Made by a program: the position numbers and the translations under genes
Notes under the pieces: model-generated
Seen by the model: the letters and a program-made list of their open reading frames with translations, nothing else
Told to the model about the DNA's origin: nothing
Database searches by the model: none
Shown: positions 1 to 7,539 of the stretch, piece after piece
Layout of the letters: the number at the start of each line of letters is the position of its first letter
Position numbering within the stretch: the first letter of the stretch is position 1
From: Candidatus Brocadia sp.
GTDB taxonomy: Bacteria; Planctomycetota; Brocadiia; Brocadiales; Brocadiaceae
Direction: 5' to 3'
Length of the DNA stretch: 32,000 nt
Assembly (NCBI GenBank): GCA_021650915.1
Contig: CP091279.1
Coordinates: forward strand, 3,690,001-3,722,000

Positions 1-1
1 T

Positions 2-442
2 TGTATCCCGGCCATGGTGATCTCTAAGTCGCACAAAAAGGAACACTGCAGACAGGTGTGTCAATATATGGGATACAGCCTCAGGGACGAACGGGGTGAA
101 GTGCGACCCATCGAAATAGATCAATATTGCCGCAACCATCTCCTGCTTGCCAGGGATATATGCCTGCTGCCCTATCTTCAATCATTTATCCAAACAGGGG
201 TAAAGGTGTTCAGGATCGAGGCGCAGTATTATGAAGATTCATTGGTAAAAACCCTGGTCGGTCTGTATCATAAGTATTTAAGCATATATGCAGAATATCC
301 CGATATTTCATTACCGATACAAGAGAGTGAATGGGACATGTTGACCGAAAATAGTCCAAGGGAATTTAACCTCGGCGGCTATGGACAGGATATAACCCAC
401 TCAAAAAGCACTGCAGCGGTGATGAAGAGTATCAGAGGGTAA
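2..442 (+). CDS. Peptidase U32 family protein, C-terminal part (5' end outside window)
   Basis: The frame is open from base 2, with no stop before the listed Met at 14, so the gene enters from the left edge. The segment LLPYLQSFIQTGVKVFRIEAQYYEDSLVKTLVGLYHKYL resembles the end of the U32 barrel (KIEGR-like RIEAQ) and its C-terminal region. Stop codon at 440-442. Confidence 0.5.
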   Translation, partial: CIPAMVISKSHKKEHCRQVCQYMGYSLRDERGEVRPIEIDQYCRNHLLLARDICLLPYLQSFIQTGVKVFRIEAQYYEDSLVKTLVGLYHKYLSIYAEYPDISLPIQESEWDMLTENSPREFNLGGYGQDITHSKSTAAVMKSIRG

Positions 443-475
443 CGAACAAAAGGTATCCGGAGGAATAACACTGTC

Positions 476-1510
476 ATGGCCACTCAAAAGAGAACGCTTC
501 TCTCATCTTGTTTTACCTGGGGAAAACTCATTTTCATCCTGCTTTGTGTCTCTTTTTTCTGCCTGGAATCCTATATTTTGCTCGTTCAACATTTTGAGGG
601 CAATAAGGATGTAAGCCACTTATCAGGCAATTTTCCGCAGAATAGAGGTGCCTTATCGCAGGAGAAACAAAGGGATGAATTCAGTTTCGCAGTTGTAGGA
701 GATACAAAGAGTTCCGGGACATTTGAAAGGATAGCCGAGAAATTGCGCAAAGAACCCTTGTCCTTCATCGTTTTTCTGGGTGATTTTGTTTATAAGGGTA
801 CCGAAGGCGAACACAACTTCTTTAAGGCTGAATATGCAACCGAGTTTTCCTTTCCCTATCCAGCGTTTTTTGTCCTGGGAAACCATGACGTTGACAGCAA
901 GAATTTCCCGATATCAAGATTCGAAGAAGTGTATGGCCCCAGCATCTTCTCATTCGAATATCAGGAATGTCTCTTTGTTGTCCTCCGTATCCTGGACAAC
1001 CCGTACCCGAATGAAGAAAGCCTCCGGTTTTTAGAGAAGTTAATTTCAGAAAAGGCCGCATCCCATTATCAGAAGACATTTGTCTTTATGCATATCCCGC
1101 CTCCCATATCTTCTGACTTCAGCGCCAGGTCGTTTGAAGGCTCTGACGAGATTGTTTCTTTAATCGAAAAACTGAAGCCGACCTACGTCATAACAGGTGA
1201 TTACCATGGATACGCGAGAATTAAAAGGAAAGGCACCGTGTATTTAGTAACCGGTGGAGGGGGTGCGCACCTTGAAGCAAAAAAATTTGGCAGTTTTCAT
1301 CACGCCATCGTTTTGAGGGTAGTGAAGGATGATGTTTCTGAAAGGATACTCGTTGTTGACAGGGACGAGGACCTCGAGGACCGGATTGAAAGATTTGCAT
1401 TAGCCAGCGCATATCCATGGTTAAAGGACAATTTGCTTGTGACAGCTTTTTTAAACAGTGTTGTACTAGCAATTTTAGTACTGTTATGTAGACGTATTTA
1501 CCAAAATTAG
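476..1510 (+). CDS. Membrane-anchored calcineurin-like metallophosphoesterase
   Basis: GGAGGA lies about 12 nt upstream of the ATG. Ordered metallophosphoesterase motifs are present: VVGDTKSSG, LGDFVYKG, VLGNHD, FMHIPP, TGDYHGY. Hydrophobic helices sit at the N-terminus (LIFILLCVSFFCL) and C-terminus (VTAFLNSVVLAILVLLC). Confidence 0.8.
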   Translation: MATQKRTLLSSCFTWGKLIFILLCVSFFCLESYILLVQHFEGNKDVSHLSGNFPQNRGALSQEKQRDEFSFAVVGDTKSSGTFERIAEKLRKEPLSFIVFLGDFVYKGTEGEHNFFKAEYATEFSFPYPAFFVLGNHDVDSKNFPISRFEEVYGPSIFSFEYQECLFVVLRILDNPYPNEESLRFLEKLISEKAASHYQKTFVFMHIPPPISSDFSARSFEGSDEIVSLIEKLKPTYVITGDYHGYARIKRKGTVYLVTGGGGAHLEAKKFGSFHHAIVLRVVKDDVSERILVVDRDEDLEDRIERFALASAYPWLKDNLLVTAFLNSVVLAILVLLCRRIYQN

Positions 1511-1638
1511 TAACCATGTAGCTTTTTGAAAAATCCCAATAAAGGCGATGTTTACCCCGTGTAGGGGCAGGTTTCAAACCTGCCCCTACAAGACAATAGT
1601 ATTTATGGAGAGAATTTTTCAAAAAGCCAGATCGTTAC
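1510..1638. repeat. Family-1 MITE-like hairpin element, short variant
   Basis: Terminal inverted repeats GTAACCATGTAGCTTTTTGAAAAAT (left) and ATTTTTCAAAAAGCCAGATCGTTAC (right). The central palindrome GTAGGGGCAGGTTT-C-AAACCTGCCCCTAC lies at 1561-1589. The ends match those of the copies at 3065, 8901 and 10693. Confidence 0.75.
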
Positions 1639-1658
1639 AAAAACAGAAAGATTTTATC

Positions 1659-2945
1659 ATGACAACAAACCATATCGGCCCTGATGCCATTCTTCAAAAA
1701 AAGCAGGAATATCTGATTCCCTGCGTTTACCATTTTTACAGGAAACCGATGCAGATCGTCAGGGGCAAGATGCAGCACCTTTATGACCATACGGGCAAGC
1801 AGTATCTGGATTTTTATGGCGGGGTGTCGGTAATGAATGCCGGGCACTGCAACCCGGAGGTGGTGGAAAAAATTTGCGAGCAGGTAAGAACGCTTCAGCA
1901 CACCACGGCTATCTATCTCACCCAGCCCATAGTAGACCTCGCAGAGAAACTGGCGCAGATTACCCCCCGGTCACTCAAGCGGTCTTTCTTTTGCGCCAGC
2001 GGGTCTGAGGCCAATGAAGGGGCCGCGCTCCTTGCCCAGTTGTATACCGGCAAGAATAAATTTGTTGCCATCCAGCAGGGACTTCACGGACGCACGAAAC
2101 TTACCATGAATCTCACCGGGCTCCCGATGTGGAGAACCGACCCCAATCCCCTCAGTGATGTTGTCCATATTCCAGGGGCATACTGTTACCGGTGCGCCTA
2201 TGGGCTTACCTATCCCAGATGTGATCTCACCTGTGCATGGAGACTTGAGGACGTGGTGAAGAACGGCGAGTATGCTGCCTTCATTGCCGAGCCAATTCAG
2301 GGAAACGGCGGCATTCTTACACCGCCTCCCGGTTATTTTAAGCTCATCAGGGAAATCCTCGACAGATATCACGTGCTCTTCATAGCGGACGAGGTTCAGA
2401 CGGGATTCGGCAGGACGGGAGAGATGTTTGCAATTGAACATTGGGATGTTCTGCCCGATATCATGACCCTGGCAAAGGCCCTGGCGAATGGCACTCCCAT
2501 TGGCGCCTTTATAACGAATGATACCATAGCATCGTCTTACACGCGTCCTGGCGCTTCCACAACGGGTGGGAATCCCGTGTCAGCCACGGCGGCCCTGGCA
2601 ACCATTGACGTCATTGAAAAACATCAACTGGTGGAAAGGGCACGAACGCTTGGCGCCTATTTTCAGGAAAAACTGCTGGAACTCCAGCAAAGACACACCA
2701 TCATCGGGGAGGTGCGGGGCAAAGGTCTCATGCTGGGTGTTGAACTGGTTAAGGAGGACAAAATTCCTGCTGCCGAAGAAACTGACCACATCCTTGAAAG
2801 GTTAAAAGATTGCGGTATTTTGGCGGGAAAGACCGGCGTATCCCGAAACGTGCTTACGTTTCAACCGCCTCTGGTTATTACCGGCACAGACATAGATCAC
2901 GTGGCAAAGACCCTGGATAGCATACTATATTCAGGATGCTCATAA
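1659..2945 (+). CDS. Class-III (fold type I) PLP-dependent aminotransferase
   Basis: Motifs DFYGGVSVMNAGHCNPEV, SGSEANEGA, FIADEVQTGFGRTGEMFA and TLAKALANG (Schiff-base Lys). I moved the start from 1548 to the ATG at 1659, because 1548-1638 lies inside a repeat element and the family typically begins near MTTNH... Confidence 0.85.
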   Translation: MTTNHIGPDAILQKKQEYLIPCVYHFYRKPMQIVRGKMQHLYDHTGKQYLDFYGGVSVMNAGHCNPEVVEKICEQVRTLQHTTAIYLTQPIVDLAEKLAQITPRSLKRSFFCASGSEANEGAALLAQLYTGKNKFVAIQQGLHGRTKLTMNLTGLPMWRTDPNPLSDVVHIPGAYCYRCAYGLTYPRCDLTCAWRLEDVVKNGEYAAFIAEPIQGNGGILTPPPGYFKLIREILDRYHVLFIADEVQTGFGRTGEMFAIEHWDVLPDIMTLAKALANGTPIGAFITNDTIASSYTRPGASTTGGNPVSATAALATIDVIEKHQLVERARTLGAYFQEKLLELQQRHTIIGEVRGKGLMLGVELVKEDKIPAAEETDHILERLKDCGILAGKTGVSRNVLTFQPPLVITGTDIDHVAKTLDSILYSGCS

Positions 2946-3043
2946 AATGTGAAGTTTAAATTGATAATAAGGTGGCATGGACAAACTCTGTTTGTCCGTG
3001 TTGAACTACTATAAATCACAAATTGTGAGCCTGTGGAGTATAT
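2943..3043 (+). repeat. Module-A repeat (101 bp), copy 1
   Basis: 97 of 101 positions are identical to 9282-9382 in the same orientation. It contains the perfect hairpin GGACAAAC-TCT-GTTTGTCC (2979-2997). It starts on the aminotransferase stop codon. Confidence 0.9.
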
Positions 3044-3064
3044 TCAGTAGAGAAAAATAAATTT

Positions 3065-3210
3065 GGTAACAATTTAGTTTTTTGAAAAAGTAGGGGCGAA
3101 GCATTTGCCTAATTGGGTATGCATGCATTTATGCCGATTGCAGCAAATGCTTCGCCCCTACCCTGGGTGGTAAATATTGCTATTATTGGGGTTTTTTAAA
3201 AAACTAAATT
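3065..3210. repeat. Family-1 MITE-like hairpin element, long variant
   Basis: Outer inverted repeats are AATTTAGTTTTTTGAAAAA (3071-3089) and TTTTTTAAAAAACTAAATT (3192-3210). Inner arms are GTAGGGGCGAAGCATTTGCC (3090-3109) and AGCAAATGCTTCGCCCCTAC (3142-3161), which are complementary at 19 of 20 positions. Confidence 0.85.
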
Positions 3211-3231
3211 ATTTTCTAAATTTGATAAATC

Positions 3232-3452
3232 ATAGCGCAGCACAGCCGCAACCAAATTTCCTTTATGAAAGTGGGGAGATTGCTTCGGAAAAGGCCCTCG
3301 CAATGACAGTGACCATGCACTTTGATGGCACACTGCACGTTGTCATTGCGAGTGAAGCGAAGCAATCTTTCACTCATAAAAAACGGTACCTCCTGAAAGG
3401 GGCTTATGAAAAAACTTACAAAAAAAAGAAGTTTTTATACAGTAATACTATA
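3232..3452 (+). repeat. Composite repeat C (outer element carrying an inner GATTGCTTCGG...CGAAGCAATC hairpin element), copy 1
   Basis: About 93 percent identical by eye to 15957-16177. The inner part has arms GATTGCTTCGG..CTCGCAATGAC and GTCATTGCGAG..CGAAGCAATC. It explains the VIASEAKQS pseudo-peptide at the start of track ORF 3177..4070. Confidence 0.9.
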
Positions 3453-3491
3453 ACCCGTGCACCACGAGAGTATATTTTGAAAATACAAAAT

Positions 3492-4070
3492 ATGAGCGCT
3501 AAAAAAACTGAAGCATTTATTTGCGATACAGAAAACAAAGGATTCCTGATGGAATTCATAGAAAGCAATATTACAAAACGCTTGATTCCCAGGGGACTAA
3601 GCTGGTTTGGCTGCATGGGGGGGTTGTCGCTGGTTGCCTTTATGATCCAGTTGGGTACGGGCATATTTCTCATGTTCTCTTTTATTCCGAGCGCGGCAGA
3701 AGCAGTCTCCAGTATTCAAAGAGTAAGCCATAGCGTCCCCTACGGCTGGCTTATCCACCGCATTCATGCAGTGGGGCCGCACGTGATGATCGGCATGGTA
3801 ATAAGCCACATGCTCCGCATCCTCTTTAAAGGCATTTACCGGCATCCACGGGAATTGCATTGGGTCTCCGGGGCGTGCCTGCTTATCCTGACTTTTATTA
3901 TGTATTATACCGGATATTTGTTATCTGCGGGCAATCACAGCAACCATTCCGTTCTATCAATGACTTCTGTATACGCATTGCACATTGCCGGTATTCCCCT
4001 GACGATGGGATTATTTATGGGTATGCACTTTTTTATGGTGAGGAGGACCGGGATTTACGAGCCTCTGTAA
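3492..4070 (+). CDS. Cytochrome b6-like protein (N-terminal four-helix, di-heme half of cytochrome b)
   Basis: Colinear with cytochrome b6. GCMGG matches the YCLGG site. HRIHAVGPHVMIGMVISHMLR carries the two helix-B His. PRELHWVSG matches PRELTWVTG. VYALHIAGIPLTMGLFMGMHFFMVRRTG carries the two helix-D His. The start is set at ATG 3492, because upstream codons belong to repeat C. Confidence 0.8.
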   Translation: MSAKKTEAFICDTENKGFLMEFIESNITKRLIPRGLSWFGCMGGLSLVAFMIQLGTGIFLMFSFIPSAAEAVSSIQRVSHSVPYGWLIHRIHAVGPHVMIGMVISHMLRILFKGIYRHPRELHWVSGACLLILTFIMYYTGYLLSAGNHSNHSVLSMTSVYALHIAGIPLTMGLFMGMHFFMVRRTGIYEPL

Positions 4071-4092
4071 GAATGGCCGGAAGGATTTTGGG

Positions 4093-4539
4093 ATGAAAGA
4101 CTATACAAAAGGCAAACGCCCTGAGATGCTCGAGCCATTTTTCCCAAACGAGCTTTTGAGACACATCATCATTTCGTGTTTTCTCATTATCCTTGAAATG
4201 GGAGCCATTATGGCATTCCCACTGACATGGAAGATACTCGACAAACCCGGCCACATCCCCTGGTTTCTCTTGCCCATATACCAGTTGCGTACCCTTGTTC
4301 AAAATGAGGCGGTATTCATCTCTGTCCTTGTGCTCTCCGCCCTGCTCTTTGTCTCGTGGCCGTTTTTGGTGCGTGACAGGAACTATCGCAGGTCTTCTTT
4401 CCCCGATGCAGAGGGCAGAAGCAGCAGCTATGCCCGGCATAGCAAAGAACGCCACAATTTGTGGCATCGGCCTCTACTCTTTGCGATCGTTATTACTACG
4501 ATTATTTCCCTGATTACGCTATGTTTTATAAAAACGTAA
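4093..4539 (+). CDS. Cytochrome b C-terminal half / b6f subunit-IV-like protein
   Basis: EPFFPNELLRHI matches the EPAWPNDLLY region. HIPWFLLPIYQLR aligns with LPEWYFFPVFQILR. There are three hydrophobic helices. GGAAGGA lies upstream of the ATG. Confidence 0.7.
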   Translation: MKDYTKGKRPEMLEPFFPNELLRHIIISCFLIILEMGAIMAFPLTWKILDKPGHIPWFLLPIYQLRTLVQNEAVFISVLVLSALLFVSWPFLVRDRNYRRSSFPDAEGRSSSYARHSKERHNLWHRPLLFAIVITTIISLITLCFIKT

Positions 4540-5504
4540 AATTCCTAAAGATATGTATCTCTTTTTTCTCTCTAAGTGCATGCCTGCTCCCCGTGAGCTG
4601 CACCCTTTATCCTGAACTGGTTGAAACAGGGCCCAAATCTCCTCAGTCAGAACGATGCGGGGATTGCCATCAGGATATCTACCGTGAGTGGAAAGACTCG
4701 CCTCACGCCAGCAGTTTTATCAATGCAGCATTCAGGGAAGAGACCAACGAGTATCAGTTTACCTTTTGTATCGGATGCCATGCCCCGGAAACCATCTTTA
4801 CGGACGAAAAGATTAAACCACGGAAGGTAAACGAATCCGAAGGAGTAAACTGCACTAGTTGCCACCTGAATGACTGCAAATTAAGCGGTCCCACTCCGGC
4901 GCACGGGCCGCACCCCATTGCCGGGGAAAACCCCTTTTTTCGATCAAGCGAATTGTGCGGAAAATGTCATGTAGGCACGTATGCGGCATGGAAGGAATCA
5001 GATATGGCAGAGGGAAAGAAGACCTGCCAGGACTGCCACATGCCCGCAATAACCCGCAAACTTATCCAGGACGACCCGTGGCAAAAAATCTATCCGAAAC
5101 GAGAAGGAAAGCAGCACCTGTTCTCATCCCTGGCCTTTTTTCAGGATAACGAGAATCCATTACCATTGTCGTTTATCCACGTGACCCGTTCGGCAGGCAA
5201 GGTTGAAGGGATTTTGGAACTGGAAAACGCCGGCATTCCTCACAGCGTGCCCACCGGAGATTACGGATACCGCGAGGTCGTTGTTGCGGTGGCACTCCTG
5301 GATAATGCGGGCCGGGTTATCGAATCGAAGAGAGAAAGCCTGTTTGTTGAATTAAAAACCGCCTTGCCGTACAAGGGGAAGAAAAGCATCCCCTTTTGCT
5401 TTGCCGGAGGTGAGAACGTCTCTATGATTAAGGCCACTGTGGTCCGAACCTCCTTTCAAAAAGACAAGGACTTTTTACTTGCTGAAACGACGTATCCACT
5501 GTAA
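4521..5504 (+). CDS. Pentaheme c-type cytochrome, probable lipoprotein
   Basis: Five CXXCH motifs: CGDCH, CIGCH, CTSCH, CGKCH, CQDCH. The signal peptide ends in the lipobox LSAC. The start is taken at ATG 4521 (MFYKNVKFLK...), which overlaps the upstream gene by 19 nt. Confidence 0.8.
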   Translation: MFYKNVKFLKICISFFSLSACLLPVSCTLYPELVETGPKSPQSERCGDCHQDIYREWKDSPHASSFINAAFREETNEYQFTFCIGCHAPETIFTDEKIKPRKVNESEGVNCTSCHLNDCKLSGPTPAHGPHPIAGENPFFRSSELCGKCHVGTYAAWKESDMAEGKKTCQDCHMPAITRKLIQDDPWQKIYPKREGKQHLFSSLAFFQDNENPLPLSFIHVTRSAGKVEGILELENAGIPHSVPTGDYGYREVVVAVALLDNAGRVIESKRESLFVELKTALPYKGKKSIPFCFAGGENVSMIKATVVRTSFQKDKDFLLAETTYPL

Positions 5505-5509
5505 TCCTT

Positions 5510-6772
5510 ATGTTTGCCGAAGTAAAAAGATTAAATAAAGGAACAGCCATCAGGCTTGCAATTGCCGCGGGAATTGCTATGGGAATGGTTGTTGTGGTAC
5601 TGCTCATTACCATAACAAGACCGAATACCGCTTCATTCTGTGCGAAATGCCACAACGACGTCACCTTCAATAATGCCTGCAAAAAACCATTATCAAAGGA
5701 TATTGCCTGTATCGAGTGTCATACCCATAAAAATGAGGGTGTAGCGCATCTGGCCGTTGAAATAAAGGATGAGCATTGCACTGCGGAGTCATGCCACCCC
5801 CTGAGCAAATTATCTGCGCAGGCAGTGAAGTACAAAAAGAGCATCCTCTTTCAGCATAAGACGCACCTGGCCAAATTGCCCGGCAATCTTACATTGAAAT
5901 GCACCTCGTGTCACGCCCATATCAGCAATGAGAAACATTTTGAAACGGACACAAAAACATGCGATACCTGTCATTTTATTAACACCACGAGGCCGCTGTA
6001 TGCACAGAATAAGAAACCCATCTCCGATTGCGCCCTGTGCCACGGTCGTATCGAAAAGACGAAGGACATCTACGGAAAGACCTTTCGGCACGAGGCGTAC
6101 GAAAAGAACGAAAAAACAGATTGCTCTGACTGCCATTTTAACATCATTCAGGGCGATGGAAGGGTAGACGAAAGGAACTGCTATCAGTGTCATGCTGAGA
6201 TCTCTGATTATTCCAAAAGGGTGCCGGATGTGCATGCCATTCATATTGTAAAACACAAGGTTGCCTGTACGTCATGTCATGATGCCCTTACCCATGGTTG
6301 GGTTACGCCAGGCAACCCCGCCCATGGGAATGATTCCGCCCAGCAGCCTGGTGCAGCAGCGCAAAAAGTACAGGAATTGATTATGATGGGAATGGGTGGC
6401 ACTGGCATCAGAGGCGAGCCGGATCCCATGTACCTTGCAACGCTAAATTGTTCCGCATGCCATAAGGACAAAGAACGGTTTGCTCATATTGAACCCAAGG
6501 TATGCAATAACTGCCACGAGAAGGGCTTTGATAAAATATTGACAGAACAGATGCGTTTCGTAACATCCCGGCTGCGATTGCTACGGAGCTTACTGACACA
6601 GGCCAAAAGATGCAACAGCGATGCCGCAAGCCAGGCCATCCATGAGGCAGAAGTGAATTATCATCTCATCAGGGAAGACGGCAGTAGTGGCGCTCATAAT
6701 ATCAAATATATCAAATATCTGCTGGATTATAGCATTACCAATTTAAGACAAATCCTAGAGCAAAAAACATGA
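5510..6772 (+). CDS. Membrane-anchored multiheme c-type cytochrome (10 CXXCH plus 1 CX4CH), NapC/NrfH-like N-terminus
   Basis: An N-terminal TM helix (IAAGIAMGMVVVVLLITI) is followed directly by CAKCH. Further motifs: CIECH, CTAESCH, CTSCH, CDTCH, CALCH, CSDCH, CYQCH, CTSCH, CSACH, CNNCH. Confidence 0.85.
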   Translation: MFAEVKRLNKGTAIRLAIAAGIAMGMVVVVLLITITRPNTASFCAKCHNDVTFNNACKKPLSKDIACIECHTHKNEGVAHLAVEIKDEHCTAESCHPLSKLSAQAVKYKKSILFQHKTHLAKLPGNLTLKCTSCHAHISNEKHFETDTKTCDTCHFINTTRPLYAQNKKPISDCALCHGRIEKTKDIYGKTFRHEAYEKNEKTDCSDCHFNIIQGDGRVDERNCYQCHAEISDYSKRVPDVHAIHIVKHKVACTSCHDALTHGWVTPGNPAHGNDSAQQPGAAAQKVQELIMMGMGGTGIRGEPDPMYLATLNCSACHKDKERFAHIEPKVCNNCHEKGFDKILTEQMRFVTSRLRLLRSLLTQAKRCNSDAASQAIHEAEVNYHLIREDGSSGAHNIKYIKYLLDYSITNLRQILEQKT

Positions 6773-7539
6773 TCACATATTTTTTACGTTTGATAGTGTG
6801 TTTGGGTATTGTTGTCTTGCCGCGGGTAGCCTGGGGAAACGATCGCCACCCCGCGAAGCCGGACAATCTCTCGTTTCCTGATGGCTCATGCACTGACAGG
6901 TGTCACGTGAATTACCTGACATATTATTCCCTGTACGAGGGTGAGATATTCAGGCATAAGAGTCACTCACTCAGTCAGGGATTGGAATGTAATCGATGTC
7001 ATAATAACGATGCCGCTCACACGAAGACCCACGGGGGGTTGCTTATACAAAAGAAAGACTGCTGGGCTTGTCACCACAAAAGAGGGTATGAAACAACCAC
7101 CGGTTCTTTCTCAAAGAATCAGGAATTATCCTTTTATCACGGAGATTGTATCAGGTGTCATACCCAAGTAAAAGATTACCTAAAGGGAGAAATCCAGGGC
7201 ATGGGAATAAAAATACCCGATTGGATGTCCGCTGCAGTTTCCTGTGCCGATTGCCACAAGCTGGAATCCGACGGACTTTCGTTTAAAGCCGTGCGCAATC
7301 ATTGCATCGCATGCCATAACAGCGATTATGGACTGTTGCATGATGCATGGAGGGAGACACTCGATAGACAGATCAAACAATTCTGCGAAAACGGCGCCGG
7401 GACACAAGGCGCACGGGATATCCTGAGGCTGGTGCAATCCTATGGCATGCATAATTTCCGGCTATCGCAATTTCTTTTAAAATCAATCGGCAACGCCAGC
7501 GAGGGGGAGCATACGAGGAATGCCCTTTTCAAGCCATGA
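6769..7539 (+). CDS. Secreted multiheme c-type cytochrome (5 CXXCH plus 1 CX3CH)
   Basis: Signal peptide ...LPRVAWG. Motifs: CTDRCH, CNRCH, CWACH, CIRCH, CADCH, CIACH. The start overlaps the upstream stop as ATGA. The C-terminal GMHNFRLSQFLL echoes GAHNIKYIKYLL of the preceding cytochrome. Confidence 0.85.
   Translation: MITYFLRLIVCLGIVVLPRVAWGNDRHPAKPDNLSFPDGSCTDRCHVNYLTYYSLYEGEIFRHKSHSLSQGLECNRCHNNDAAHTKTHGGLLIQKKDCWACHHKRGYETTTGSFSKNQELSFYHGDCIRCHTQVKDYLKGEIQGMGIKIPDWMSAAVSCADCHKLESDGLSFKAVRNHCIACHNSDYGLLHDAWRETLDRQIKQFCENGAGTQGARDILRLVQSYGMHNFRLSQFLLKSIGNASEGEHTRNALFKP

Noticed and set aside
1548-1658. Upstream extension of the aminotransferase ORF (MFTPCRGRFQTCPYKT...)
   Set aside because: It overlaps the family-1 hairpin element (1510-1638). 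The peptide is the palindrome GTAGGGGCAGG...CCTGCCCCTAC read in frame. Family homology starts near ATG 1659.
3400-3452. Outward-facing promoter inside the right end of repeat C (CTTACA...TACTATA) driving the cytochrome operon
   Set aside because: I could not find a -35/-10 pair with acceptable spacing. Only some copies of this repeat end face a downstream gene (3452 faces the cytochrome b gene, while 13392 and 16177 do not). I keep this only as a remark within the mosaic finding.
3177-3491. N-terminal 105 codons of track ORF 3177..4070, plus ORFs 15795..16178 and 9098..9427(-), all containing ...HVVIASEAKQSFTHKKRYLLKG... or its relatives
   Set aside because: These stretches coincide with copies of the family-1 element and composite repeat C. 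The peptide is repeat DNA read through. Cytochrome b homology begins only after ATG 3492.
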